This document shows positions 41,350-52,800 of a stretch of 64,000 bases of DNA, piece after piece. Where the stretch lies: NCBI GenBank assembly GCA_965235115.1, contig OZ249436.1, positions 33,232,001-33,296,000 on the forward strand. The letters run 5' to 3'. This DNA is from Laetmonice hystrix. Its lineage: Eukaryota. Numbering within the stretch: the stretch's first letter is position 1; each line of letters begins with the position of its first letter. Under the pieces are notes generated by a model. It had not been told where the DNA came from. It saw nothing but the letters and a program-made list of their open reading frames with translations, and made no database searches. The translations under genes were made by a program, and so were the position numbers.

Positions 41350-42480
41350 ATCTTGTGTATGAGGTATGAACCTGTAAAGGCAAGCAACGGAAGCTTCTGC
41401 CGAATGCAAGCTTCCTGCATACTGACCCCATTATATCGGGCCTAGCTACTGCTTCTCAAAATGAGGAACTGATGCTGATTTTCCTATACTTGGCTTCCAT
41501 TGGAAAACATCACGTGAAGTCAGTTACCCTCTCCTTGAAATACTGCACCGATATCACAGTTTCGTTCCAGCTCTTCCTAAAACCATATTGTTCAAAATGC
41601 TTGTAGAAGGTGACCACGCTGAGATCAGTGTTTGACTCACTGATTCAAACCATATAAAATCCCTGACTTCTGTCTATGGGTGTGTTTTTCTGTAAGTTAC
41701 TCCTGTCATTACAGAAGGTCCCAGGGTGGATTATTTCAGTTCAACATGGCGGCTGGTGTCCCCCTGTCCCTGGTATGGACAAGAACCCTAAGGGAGGTTG
41801 ACTGACACCACATGTTTACGTTATAAGGCAGCTGTCCCAGACAGACACGCAGAACTTCGCTGAAAGGGATCTATTCTTCCTCCAACCATCCAGTTGGTTT
41901 TACTCTGACTATAACCCAACCAACTCTGTCCAAAATATAACACATGTGTTGTATTGGTGGTCCCCCCTTGGGTAGATTATGAGCAACACTGGCTTGGGTC
42001 TGTGTCCTGCGGGGAGCGTGAGGTGCAGGCCGATGTATTCTGCTGCTGGACTCATATCTCAGTCCAGCTGGACTTCCCTTTCAACAGCTCCTCTCCACGC
42101 TCAATCTGACAACTACTGACCCAGTCAATTCAAGTGCAGGAAGAAAACCCCCACAAAGTCATCAGCATCTGGGAAAGGGACACTATGCAGTGTTCATTAC
42201 AAAGGATCTTACTTCAACAACAATGGATGTAACCTCATGACTCCTAACATGGCCCATTAACAAGTCTAGAACATTTGGTACATGGACGCCGACTTGTTGG
42301 TATGGTTGGCCAGTAATTCAGGTGTTCCATTTTATTTCTCTGTTGGAGGAAGTTCTAAGGTACCATGCACCTGCAGCTGGCTCTGGTGGGAGTGAGTCTG
42401 TGTCATCACTGGCATAAACCGATCATCTTCCCACCAGCATTGCTCTACAAGATCGACCTGAGCGGCAACGTTCTTTGGTT
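41350..42480 (-). mobile_element. Decayed Tx1-like RT remnant in intron 1
   Basis: SVYASDDT (YADD-like), AEYIGLHL (KYLGV-like), QLDGWRKNRSLSAKF and CGVSQPPLGFL (W..LS.RG..., EPPxGLL-like), in order. Confidence 0.45.
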
Positions 42481-42971
42481 ACTAGTTGAGTCTACTTTAT
42501 AGTTCTATTTTCGAGAGTGTGGGTATGTTGTAACTTGCCAACTAAAGTCCTCATCAATATGGTAGGCCTACTGACACTTTAACTTTCAGGCAGGCCTTTT
42601 GGTTGTCAAGCCCGATTTTATCAGAACCTTTAATTAGGCATGTTACCTTAGGCCTGGCTTACTCAATTTGTAACCACTTTGGGCTAAGTAAAGTTATAGC
42701 CCTAGAGCTCTCACTGTGTTCGTTTCATCTTCAAATATTGTGTCTAAAGTTATGGACAGTGTAACATTATGTAGGGCTTACCTAAACTGGCCTAGGCCTA
42801 GGCTAGGGCCTACATTTAGGCTACTTAGGCTTAGGCCTATCTACTCCAGTAGTCTGGGCCTGCAGTAGGCCTACACAGTACAGGTCATGATCCCATTGCT
42901 GTCTTCCATAACTAAGAAGGCGTAGGAACTTTTACAAAGTTTATAAACTGAAGCAGAGTAGGCCTACTTAC

Positions 42972-43059
42972 CGTTAGACGAGAAGCCCGGGGTAATTCCA
43001 ACCAGCAGGAGCCCGAGCTGGAACAACTTCAAAGGCACGGCACCGGCGTAGGGGGCCAT
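42972..43059 (-). CDS. First coding exon of a secreted or membrane protein gene (signal peptide MAPYAGAVPLKLFQLGLLLVGITPGFSSN + 1 nt, phase 1)
   Basis: ATG at 43059 in Kozak-like context GTGATGG, with an in-frame TGA 15 nt upstream. Basic residue then a hydrophobic core (LFQLGLLLVGI) and small residues at the end. Consensus donor G|GTAAGT at 42971. CpG-rich surroundings. Product identity is not recognisable from 29 aa. Confidence 0.75.
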
Positions 43060-43159
43060 CACAGACGGCGTTCAGTAGGCCAGCCCCCGCGCGTCCGTCC
43101 TTCCGTGCCGCACAACGCTCGGGTTTACTTCGTCTTGGTAAGTTCAGCACTCCAAGCGT

Positions 43160-43760
43160 ACACTCCACTGACTCGCACAACTAACTCCGGCGAGTTTAAA
43201 CAACAGATTCACCCGCGAGGAGTTCTATTCACAGTACAATATCCATGCTAGAAGACGTGTTGTAGGTAGTGTCCTCTCTCCCCTGAACCTCCGACAAGGG
43301 GGCACATCACCGGTAGGAGGCCGCGTTGGTTTTGTTGTTGTTGTTGACAGAGTTGAGATAGAACTCGAGCCACGCGACTGGGGCAGTCTTCCAGTAGGAG
43401 AACTTCAAGTAGTAGGGCCTTCCAGGGTTGAAACCGCTCCTATCCACTCGTCACCCTCTAACCAAAGGCACTGACCTGCAAGTGTGACATTATCAACGTC
43501 AATTCATGTATTGATCACCATGATTCTGCCATGTAAACAAGCGGCGAGGACTGAGGCGCGTCCCGCGTACGGTAGTTAGTGGGTGGTGGTGGCGCTCACA
43601 ACACGCCAAGTTGGACGGTCGATCACGGTCGAGTGTAAACCACGTGGTGGTGGGGTCATCCGACGCCAACAACACCGCCATGGATTGGACGGGGTACGGC
43701 CGCCACTGCAGGCGAAATGTTAAATCGATGTTTATTGGCTCCACAGAGGCAGGGTGGGCG
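43160..43760 (-). promoter_or_regulatory. CpG-rich promoter of the minus-strand gene
   Basis: TTTAAA at 43195-43200 lies 31 nt upstream of an Inr-like TCAGT (A at 43169). CCAAT boxes at 43684-43688 and 43734-43738, E-box CACGTG at 43641-43646, high CpG density. Confidence 0.55.
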
Positions 43761-43819
43761 TAGCGATGTAAATACTACCCGCGTGGAAAAAATGTTCAGT
43801 TTGTAAGAAACATGTTAGC

Positions 43820-44248
43820 CCCAATGTGATCATTGAATGGGAGAATACAACATTGGATTCAGGGAGAGTAGGCCCCTCCCTATCCAGTAGGCCTATAATT
43901 GGTGGGCAAAGACTGGAGCATGGGAACGCAGGTCTAAGCCAAGGATTGTAGGTCTAGTGTAGGCCTAGGCCTAGGCCTAGGGATTAATTAGGTGGGGCCT
44001 AAGTAGGCTAGGTTTTGGGAGTTTGGGCTCAGATGTAAAGCTAGCCAGGCCTAAATGTCCCAATGTGATCATTGAATAGAAGAATACAGCATTAATTGGA
44101 TTCAGGGATAGGATTACCCGCTAGTAGGCACCTCCCTATTCATTAGGCCTAGCCTAGGCCTAGGCCTGCCTATTATAATTGGTGGGCAAAGATTGATCAG
44201 CATGATTTTTCTAAACTGGAGCATGGGAACGCAGGTCTAAGCCAAGGA
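43820..44248. repeat. Diverged local duplication (43820-43945 vs 44059-44248)
   Basis: Shared blocks CCCAATGTGATCATTGAAT, TTGGATTCAGGGA, TATAATTGGTGGGCAAAGA and CTGGAGCATGGGAACGCAGGTCTAAGCCAAGGA. The second copy has insertions. Confidence 0.9.
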
Positions 44249-45198
44249 CTATAGCCTATAAAGCTAAAAGACCGAGTTGGTCAATCCTCTACTATTATAT
44301 AAAGCAATAGCAATATTTTTTAGGGGTGTCCAACAGAGAAAAACCGGCTCTTTCTGCCTAAGTTACAGATCCCCTTTCAGTTGCCCAGAAAAAGGGGTGG
44401 GGGAGTGAGCCTGAAACCTGCCTAACTTACCCTGTACCTTTGAATCCATAACTGTTATCTCTTTGTTATGCCTCTAAATGCCTTTGAATACACTATAGGC
44501 CCCTAGGCCGAGGTTCTGCGACTGAAGAAAAGAATCGGGAGAATTTTTTTTCACAAAGTCCCAAGTCTAAGTTGGCTCTTTTAATTTGTGTTGCCTATCA
44601 CTGTCGCTTAGAGACCCCACCTTGGCTTGGCTTGTGTCATGACTGTGAGAGACTCAGAGGTATTAACATGATGGGGCTACAGCCAAAGTAGGCTACAGTG
44701 TACGCTACAACTTACAAGGTTGCCAAGGTAGGCATATTCAGTTCGACCAAACATAATTAGAAAAAGGAACAAAAAGTTGGGCTACATCCCTGGTGTATGT
44801 GTGGGTGTGTTTGTTTGTTTTTGTTTTGTTGTGTTTATACTGTTTTCTTTTGTTGGGGGGGGGGGGGCAGTGTATAGCCAAGAAAAGGGGCGGTCATCAA
44901 ATTATATCGAATCGAGAGTGATGGGCCGTCCATCCACCATACTTCTCAAGCATACACATGCCTACTACACGACTTTAGGCCATATAATTATTGTGTAGGC
45001 CTACCATTAGAGATACATACATGTACAAACTAAGTAGTATATAGGCCTAAATATAGGCCTAGGCTTAATACTAGTTAGAACTACACACTCACATGTAGGC
45101 ATGAAGATTAATACATGCACTTATGATCTAGACCATTGCCTCCGATATCTTCCACATGGACACTGAATCGTCTTAGCTTGTAATGACTTGTCCGGTTA

Positions 45199-46150
45199 AC
45201 AATCTCTGCAAGCATCTCCTAACCTAACCATAGAACTGTACTGAGTTAATTCTATGACCTAACGTTCGGATTCCCTGTCGGTGGCTCTCCGTACAATCTC
45301 TGCAAGCATCTCCTAACCTAACCATAGAACTGTACTGAGTCAGTTCTATGACCTAAGTAACGTTCGGATTCCCTGTCGGTGGCTCTCCGTACAATCTCTG
45401 CAAGCATCTCCTAACCTAACCATAGAACTGTACTGAGTCAGTTCTATGACCTAAGTAACGTTCGGATTCCCTGTCGGTGGCTCTCCGTACAATCTCTGCA
45501 AGCATCTCCTAACCTAACCATAGAACTGTACTGAGTCAGTTCTATGACCTAACGTTCGGATTCCCTGTCGGTGGCTCTCCGTACAATCTCTGCAAGCATC
45601 TCCTAACCTAACCATAGAACTGTACTGACTCAGTTCTATGACCCAGCGTTCGGATTCCCTGTCGGTGGCTCTCCGTACAATCTCTGCAAGCATCTCCTAA
45701 CCTAACCATAGAACTGTACTGAGTCAGTTCTATGACCTAAGTAACGTTCGGATTCCCTGTCGGTGGCTCTCCGTACAATCTCTGCAAGCATCTCCTAACC
45801 TAACCATAGAACTGTACTGAGTCAGTTCTATGACCTAACGTTCGGATTCCCTGTCGGTGGCTCTCCGTACAATCTCTGCAAGCATCTCCTAACCTAACCA
45901 TAGAACTGTACTGACTCAGTTCTATGACCCAGCGTTCGGATTCCCTGTCGGTGGCTCTCCGTACAATCTCTGCAAGCATCTCCTAACCTAACCATAGAAC
46001 TGTACTGACTCAGTTCTATGACCCAGCGTTCGGATTCCCTGTCGGTGGCTCTCCGTACAATCTCTGCAAGCATCTCCTAACCTAACCATAAAACTGTACT
46101 GAGTCAGTTCTATGACCCAACGTTCGGATTCCCTGTCGGTGGCTCCGCTC
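45199..46150. repeat. 94/98-bp tandem array, 10 units, each with an internal hairpin
   Basis: Units start at 45199, 45293, 45391, 45489, 45583, 45677, 45775, 45869, 45963 and 46057. Units 2-9 have the perfect CATAGAACTG-N8-CAGTTCTATG; units 1 and 10 have mismatched stems. Confidence 0.97.
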
Positions 46151-47407
46151 CGTGTGGTCGTATCACGAGCGACCTACCTACCGTACCGTCTGGGGGTATT
46201 CTACGCTAGGTGGCAGCACATACTTAAATACTTCGGCCCGGCCATGCATGCAGGTGCAGAGTCCGGGGGTTCCCCTAGCTTTTCCTGGGTCATCACAAAC
46301 TGCTATTTCTTAATGTACCCATTTGCTCTGTCATCAAAAGCATTTTACGTGTTTGCACGTGTGTGTATGTTGATTGAAGCATATTATTATGAAGCAACTT
46401 ATAAGCCATCTGGAATGATTTGAAAGGGGGGGGGGTTCAGCATCACTATTAGGCCTATAGGGTTATAATACAGACTTCACTCACCCCAGACCCCAATACA
46501 GCCGTTGAGTCTACCTTATATATAAAGAGACAGAGTTTTTTTAAGACAGAAAGTTCCTAAAATGCCAGTCACATAAACAACCAAAAGTAACTTTATACTG
46601 CTGAGACATCAAGAAAACTAAACGCACTCGGCGGACATGCAGAGTCATCGATCCATACACGTCACAATAATTAATGCACGTTTTTTGTTTGTGTTGGCAT
46701 CAAAATCACCCCACGTCTGAGTGTAAGGAATGATTACTAAACGCTTACAACATAATGCTATCATCACTGACTTCCAAAGATCCGTACGTCAAAGAGAACG
46801 AACGAGTGCCGATTAGATATCGGCGAAGGAAAGGTTAAACTTTGTGCCAGAGCTGGCAGTGAGGCGGAGTTGGAAGTTGGTATGATCACAGAGTTACACT
46901 GACCGATCCCCGGGATGCTGGTCAACCGACGTCCCCTGGCTGGTCGGACCGGCGCCAGTCGGCTCGTCTCAACAACATCCACACCATAAATTATAGGACA
47001 AAACGTTCATCGGCCCGCCATGCAAGTCGATGCCACTACTTCAACTTGCGCTTTTGATTAGATCGTATTCGTAGGCCGTCTTGTCATCATAGGTGAACAG
47101 TTCACCTCTGTTTTTATTAAAACGTTATATGCGGTATTGGGACATGAGTGTGAGGCATAGACGGCCTAATTGGCTCAGTACACATAATTCGGACCGGATC
47201 CGGGAGCGACCCCCCCCCCCTTACCCCCCCCCCCCCGACCTCCCATAACTCAGAATCCCAGAACTCGATCAAGACAAATCTTCAGTGAAATCCGTGGTCA
47301 TTTCTAACAATAAGAGTAATGCCCTTCACAACCATCGGTAGGAATTTATTTATTTTTACTTTTTAGTTTATATCTATGAATTGCACGCTGTTGAAGAATC
47401 TATTATT

Positions 47408-47507
47408 GGGCAGGTTCACACTGAGAATTTTCTCCGGGTAATACCTCGGTCAGTGGTGGTGAGCTGTATGTGTACCAGCTCACCAAATCCTCGGTGTGAA
47501 CCTGCCC
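47408..47507. mobile_element. 100-bp MITE with 14-bp TIRs GGGCAGGTTCACAC (Tourist/Harbinger-like termini)
   Basis: GGGCAGGTTCACAC at 47408 and GTGTGAACCTGCCC ending at 47507. T/A-rich flanks. Internal hairpin GGTGAGCTG...CAGCTCACC. Confidence 0.65.
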
Positions 47508-47749
47508 TAAGAACTCAAGGTTTGGGTCGGTCGCATGTATAGAAATATGCGTGTCACCGAGATTTTTCCTCGGGTCAGCAAGACCTATGACCCCCCCCCC
47601 CCCTGTTCCGGTTAGATATGTCCGAACGGCTAGTATAGATGTCCGAAAATATCAGCTAGATATGTCCGGTAATCCGCATATGTCTGCAAATATCAGCTAG
47701 GTGTGTCCGATAATCCGGATATGTCCGCAAATATCAGCTAGACGGTATA

Positions 47750-48266
47750 GGGTTCACCAGTCCGAGGGTTCACTAGTCCGAGGGTTCACTAGTCCAGGGG
47801 CGTAGACAAGGGGGGGGGGGCTTGGGGGGGGGGGGCTTGAGCCCCCCCAGATTTTTAAGGGTAGCCTATAATAACCTATAACCTTTGTGCCCCAGGTTGC
47901 TTTCTAGCACAGTCTTCAAGTTAACAACAATCCATAGCCCCCCCCCCCAGATTTTACCACTTGTCTACGCCCCTGTAGTCAGTGGGCAATAGGCAACCTA
48001 TAACTCTAAAACCAAATAATAACTAACCTTAAACCTATAACCTTAACTCTAACCCATGGGGGATTGGTCTGTCGCACCATTGGGCTGTCGAACTAACGGC
48101 CCCTTGAAGTTAGCTCCCTATATGCCGCATGTTCCCCTGCCATTGCATTGTATACTGCCAACCTCGGACTCGTGAACCCTCGGACTAGTGAACCCTCGGA
48201 CTAGTGAACCCTCGGACTAGTGAACCCTCGGACTAGTGGCCCCCGGACTAGCAGGTATAGTTCCCC
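47750..48266. mobile_element. Middle-layer element with inverted arrays of a 16-bp unit (GGGTTCACTAGTCCGA)
   Basis: 3 units at 47750-47794 and about 5 inverted units at 48163-48252. TAACC-rich core. Exact termini are unclear; GGTATAG occurs as a direct repeat at both ends. Confidence 0.7.
47795..47975. mobile_element. 181-bp MITE (inner layer) with perfect 16-bp TIRs and a 5-bp TSD
   Basis: CAGGGGCGTAGACAAG ... CTTGTCTACGCCCCTG, flanked by TAGTC at 47790-47794 and 47976-47980. Confidence 0.9.
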
Positions 48267-49792
48267 AGCTGGGTGTGTCCGGTAATCTGGATGTCCGCAA
48301 ATGTCAGCTAGATATGTCCGGTAATACGGATATGTCCGCAAATGTCAGCTAGATGTGTCCGGTACCGGACACATCTAGCTGATATTTGCGGACATATTCA
48401 TTTCTTCGGACACATCTAGCTGATGTTTGCGGACATATATCCTATCGGACATAACTATAGCCGTTCGGACGTATCTAGCCGGAACACCCCCCCCCCCAAC
48501 CATAAACACAAATAGTAGCCCTACCAGAAAAAGTTTTCTTGAGTAGCGGGGGTGGGGGTGGGGAGGGGGGGGGGCTGATGCAGCTTTACACCCGCACCTA
48601 GCCTCACACGAACCCGATGCGGTTGTTGAGAAGGCATGGAGTTTTCTCCCAGTGGGAAGGATAACTTTTGCACCCCTTCCACTTTTACTATATTAATGCC
48701 TACAAATGTTCCACTATATATTTCACCCGTGGAGGCCGATGCACCCAACACTCCAACACTTTCCACCAGTTGAGAGGAGGCCTCCATATGAAGTTGGTAG
48801 GGTTGATCGGGGGTGGGGATGGGCGAGGGAAGATGGTAAATGTGGCGTCATGCACCACTGACCTTCCATCCCATAACCCACCTTCAGTGTTGCACGGCGG
48901 ACCGATGAGGTTATATGTTAGGTCAGGTGATGCATGCATACGGCAGCACACCATTCGAAGGTGTACACACGTCTCAAGAACTTTCTGCATGTCCAACTGC
49001 CAAAAGGAATCTCGGGAGAAGGGTATGGGTTTATTTAGTATATATGAGGCATGGAGCCAGAATTCAAGGGGGGGGGGGATCGAAAACATATATCCCTGAC
49101 AGGGACAAAGGAAGATTTATCTATAAGTACCTGTACATAATACATTGAAGCTTGGATAAAAATAGATCCTAATTTAACTGTATATTAATTCCAGGAGTTA
49201 CATGGCTATTATTCAGATAAATTTAATCATGTATAACCACCTTCCACCCCCTTTTAAAAATAAGTAGAACAAATTAAACGTTAACTTGAAAGGAAATTCG
49301 GTCACACTTTACTTTGCATAATATCATGTAGGCATGCTACAAGTTCCGTTCTAGTAGTCTGTATAGTGGGGTGCGTAACCCTTCATGAAGTAACCATGCA
49401 CTTTTGTGAGAATTAAGAGTTCACATTTTTGCTTTAAAGAAAAATAATGACATTAATTCGACAATATAACAATAACGATTAGGCCCTATAACGCATTATC
49501 ATTCGTACGTTGTGTTAGCTCTGAGTATAGATTCTGTAAGGCTTTATCAACAGATAAGTACAGTAGATATAGTATTGAAACGCCAAGTTCGAATTTGGAT
49601 CATTTACGCATGCATCGATGGGCATCATGTCTCAAACGAAACGTTCTGCCTCACCCATAACCCCCCTCCATCTCCGCCTATACACTAGTCTACGGTTGGC
49701 GTTTGAACCAGCTCAAGTTCGGTTAAAATCAGCAAGCAAGCATTGAAAAATTTGAGGAACTCTCCATCAGACAGGGTTCATTGTCGAGTGTT

Positions 49793-49828
49793 TCACATTA
49801 CCTTAAATCTTCACATTACCTTAAATCT
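49793..49828. repeat. 18-bp perfect tandem duplication (TCACATTACCTTAAATCT)
   Basis: Two adjacent identical copies. Confidence 0.9.
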
Positions 49829-52800
49829 ATTCACTTGAGCAGACGACACCTGAGTAGTCCGATCTGTCTAGAACCGTCCGCGTACATCCGAGATAGATTA
49901 TGTATAGGAAAGGCCTACAGTTTCCGACCTCATCAAGTCTGTGCTCTGTATAAAACCAACGACTTGTTGATGGAACTCAACTCAAGTTGTACGGACGGTA
50001 TACTCAACAGGCCAGACTAAGCTTAGTTCAGCTCCTCACCACTGCGCCCATCCAGGTTCTCCCAGCCAATCACAACCAATGTAACATGCGGCACCCCTCA
50101 ACCAACGATGGGTGGGTGGGCTGCATGACGAACGAGGCTCCACAAGTAGCCGAATGTCTCGCGGACTTTCATGCCGCGCTTTGACAATTCAGAACTGTGA
50201 GCAACCAAAACATCTACTGGTACTTGTCTCAAACCGTCAGCTTCATTGGTCGTGTTTTAGTTGATACAGTGCTAAATCAGTTGTGGCGGTCGTATAAATA
50301 TTTACCAATTGGCTAAAGATCGTATATCTTAATTCTTTAAATTTTGTGTGTGCATGTATTTCGTTCAATTGGCCCATATATTATAATCCTATCAGCTGTT
50401 TAATCTATAGCACCGTGTTACAAACCTGGCCTCATCCATAACATCGGGTGAAGATGGCCACATAATTGACATACAAATTGCATGTCAATTTTCTACAACA
50501 TTATTCTTTCATCTGGTAATTAAAGAAATATGGTTATCTTACATCACGTTCATTTATTTCGATTTTTTCCACCTTTTTTTCCAGTTGCAGGTATGAGTTT
50601 TCCTGACAATCCTTCACACAAGTGTGTGACCCAACGTAACGAGTACGTGATTGGAAAGGACATACACGTGTTGGGCAAACGGATGGCTCGCACCAAAAAG
50701 CCGGTTATAAATATACGTGTAATGTTTTAAATGAGCGCAAAAAGTAGACATGTGCTTCTTTGATCGCGTCTTCAGAAACTGTGGCAGCCCAGCTCACCTA
50801 GTTCTGATGGATGGTATATGTTCTAGAGCCCAACAAGCGGAGGACAAGTTGGTTAGGGCGCCTAGCCAGATATTTACATATAAGATTAACCCTTAATTGA
50901 CCAATAAAATATCATTATACCGTCGAGTACATCTTCATCAAGATAACACGGGTAGATGTATGGGCCTGCTAATAATTTCAAACGAGGCTGCCCCAGGCTA
51001 TATATAATATGAATATATGATTATGTAAGAATGAAATGAATGGGAAAACAAGATTCTTTGCATTGCAAGGTACAAGTATGTCCTTGCAGGACCCCTATAG
51101 AATGGGCATATCCTGAGAAGTGGGGTTAGTTCTGTTATATTAAATCCGTTTCATTTTTAACGAAGACTGCGAGGGATAGACCAGACAGAGACTGGGGGTG
51201 GCCCATGACTGTAGTGATCTGGAACATTGACTGCAGATAGCCTATAATGTTAGTGGCATTGACCGTTTGTTTTATGTATTATACGGCGCCCCGACTGACC
51301 AGGCTGGATTTGGTGGTCTGCAGATAATACCGTATAGCACCAGATTCTAGCACCAGGTGGCGCCTCAGTCGGTATACCATCGGTACTTGGCGATACGAAT
51401 CCGAGACGGCACCTGATCTCCCTCTGGGCAATTCCGTTATGGATAAGCATTATACATACCCTGTATATAGACCATACGGGCACAGACGTGTGCATATACA
51501 GTCACACACAAGCCTATATAGAAATTATGATACAGCTAATTATCAGGTATAGTTTTGGACACGGCACATTATACATGTAGTTTTTGTTCTCGGCGGATCG
51601 ATTTGGTTTTGTTCTTTATCTAAATCAGTTACTAATTAATAGAGATATTTCTGGCAATTATACTTGCCAAAATTGAAATATAAAAAATATAATCGAATTA
51701 TCGGATTATTTTCACTGGGTTAAACCTTAGCCCATACATAGAGTGCATGGAGATAGAATCGCCTCTATGGCCTGAATAAAAACCATGCAATATGACAGAT
51801 GCATTTAGGCATTATAATGTAAATTATACATACAACCAACCCCGCACGTATAAAGGTCTAACAATTGTAAGGAGTATACAGATCCAATGACATACGTATA
51901 TAATACACTATATGTATGCCACATCGGCAATTAGGGCTTTATCTTCATGTGGATCAAATAAAAGATAGCTCGTATAGATATATACAAACGTCGATGCTGT
52001 GTTGTTATGGGCGGGTGTTCACATATGAATTGATAGTTTTATTCCTTCCCTACAACCATAAAAGTTGTTCTGTCCTGGTGTTATTGTTGAATGTTTATGT
52101 TCCTGCAATACTGAATATTGCAATATTGTCCATCACAATGTAGACCGAGGAGTTTGAGAAATACCCACGGCATGTCGGTGATCTGCCACACGGGCAGCCA
52201 TTATTCTACCACTATCTCGGCCGTTATCGGTGATAACCTGCCTGCTTGGCGCCACCTTCTATATATAAAGTGGTCATATCCCTCTTAAACGGAACTATAA
52301 TGGTTCCCCCTTTGTTTGTCAATTGAACAGCGACACGGCGCCGCCAGTCTCTGTTCGAACGCGAGCAACCGAAGTACGCGGAGCCTGCCAGGAAAGAAAT
52401 ATAAAACCGCCGCACTTTGATCCGGGTTGGTTTAATATACAGCGAGACGAGTAGGCCTACATTTCCAGACTATGTATTTATTATCTCCGGCTGTTATACC
52501 TGTCACAAAGAGGTGTCTTTATAATAGCCTGGACACTTGCTGTCACACTGGCTGACCGTATACATGGGCCTGGCGGTCAGGACACGTGATCGGTGGTGAA
52601 TATGACGGATATAGGCCGATATATACGAATAGAAAGATCAAACAGGCCTGAGCCAAGATTCCGCGGATAGGTACTTATAATACGGATACGAAACAACATG
52701 AAATATGACCACTCTACCACATCTCAGACATTACTACAATCTCCTCCAGTTGGGGGAAAGTTGAACATGCCAGGTCGGGTATCGATTTAATATTGGTAAT

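Larger units (their letters stand above)
47604..48486. mobile_element. Foldback/MITE-like element (outer layer) with ~42-bp TIRs and internal ~40-bp subrepeats
   Basis: TGTTCCGGTTAGATATGTCCGAACGGCTA... matches the reverse complement of ...TAGCCGTTCGGACGTATCTAGCCGGAACA. Repeated CAGCTAGATATGTCCG units invert at the palindrome GTCCGGTACCGGAC (about 48357-48370). Inserted in a poly-C run. Confidence 0.8.

Noticed and set aside
45199-46150. Tandem tRNA, 5S or snRNA genes
   Set aside because: Only a B-box-like GTTCGGATTCCC is present. I could not fold a cloverleaf or find an appropriately spaced A-box or a known RNA sequence.
48668-49099. Overlapping 143-aa (+) and 129-aa (-) ORFs
   Set aside because: No recognisable domain or splice signals; bounded by G-runs; probably chance or TE debris.
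50840-50880. tRNA or SINE head (AGTTGGTTAGGGCG)
   Set aside because: A-box-like only; no B-box or acceptor stem follows.
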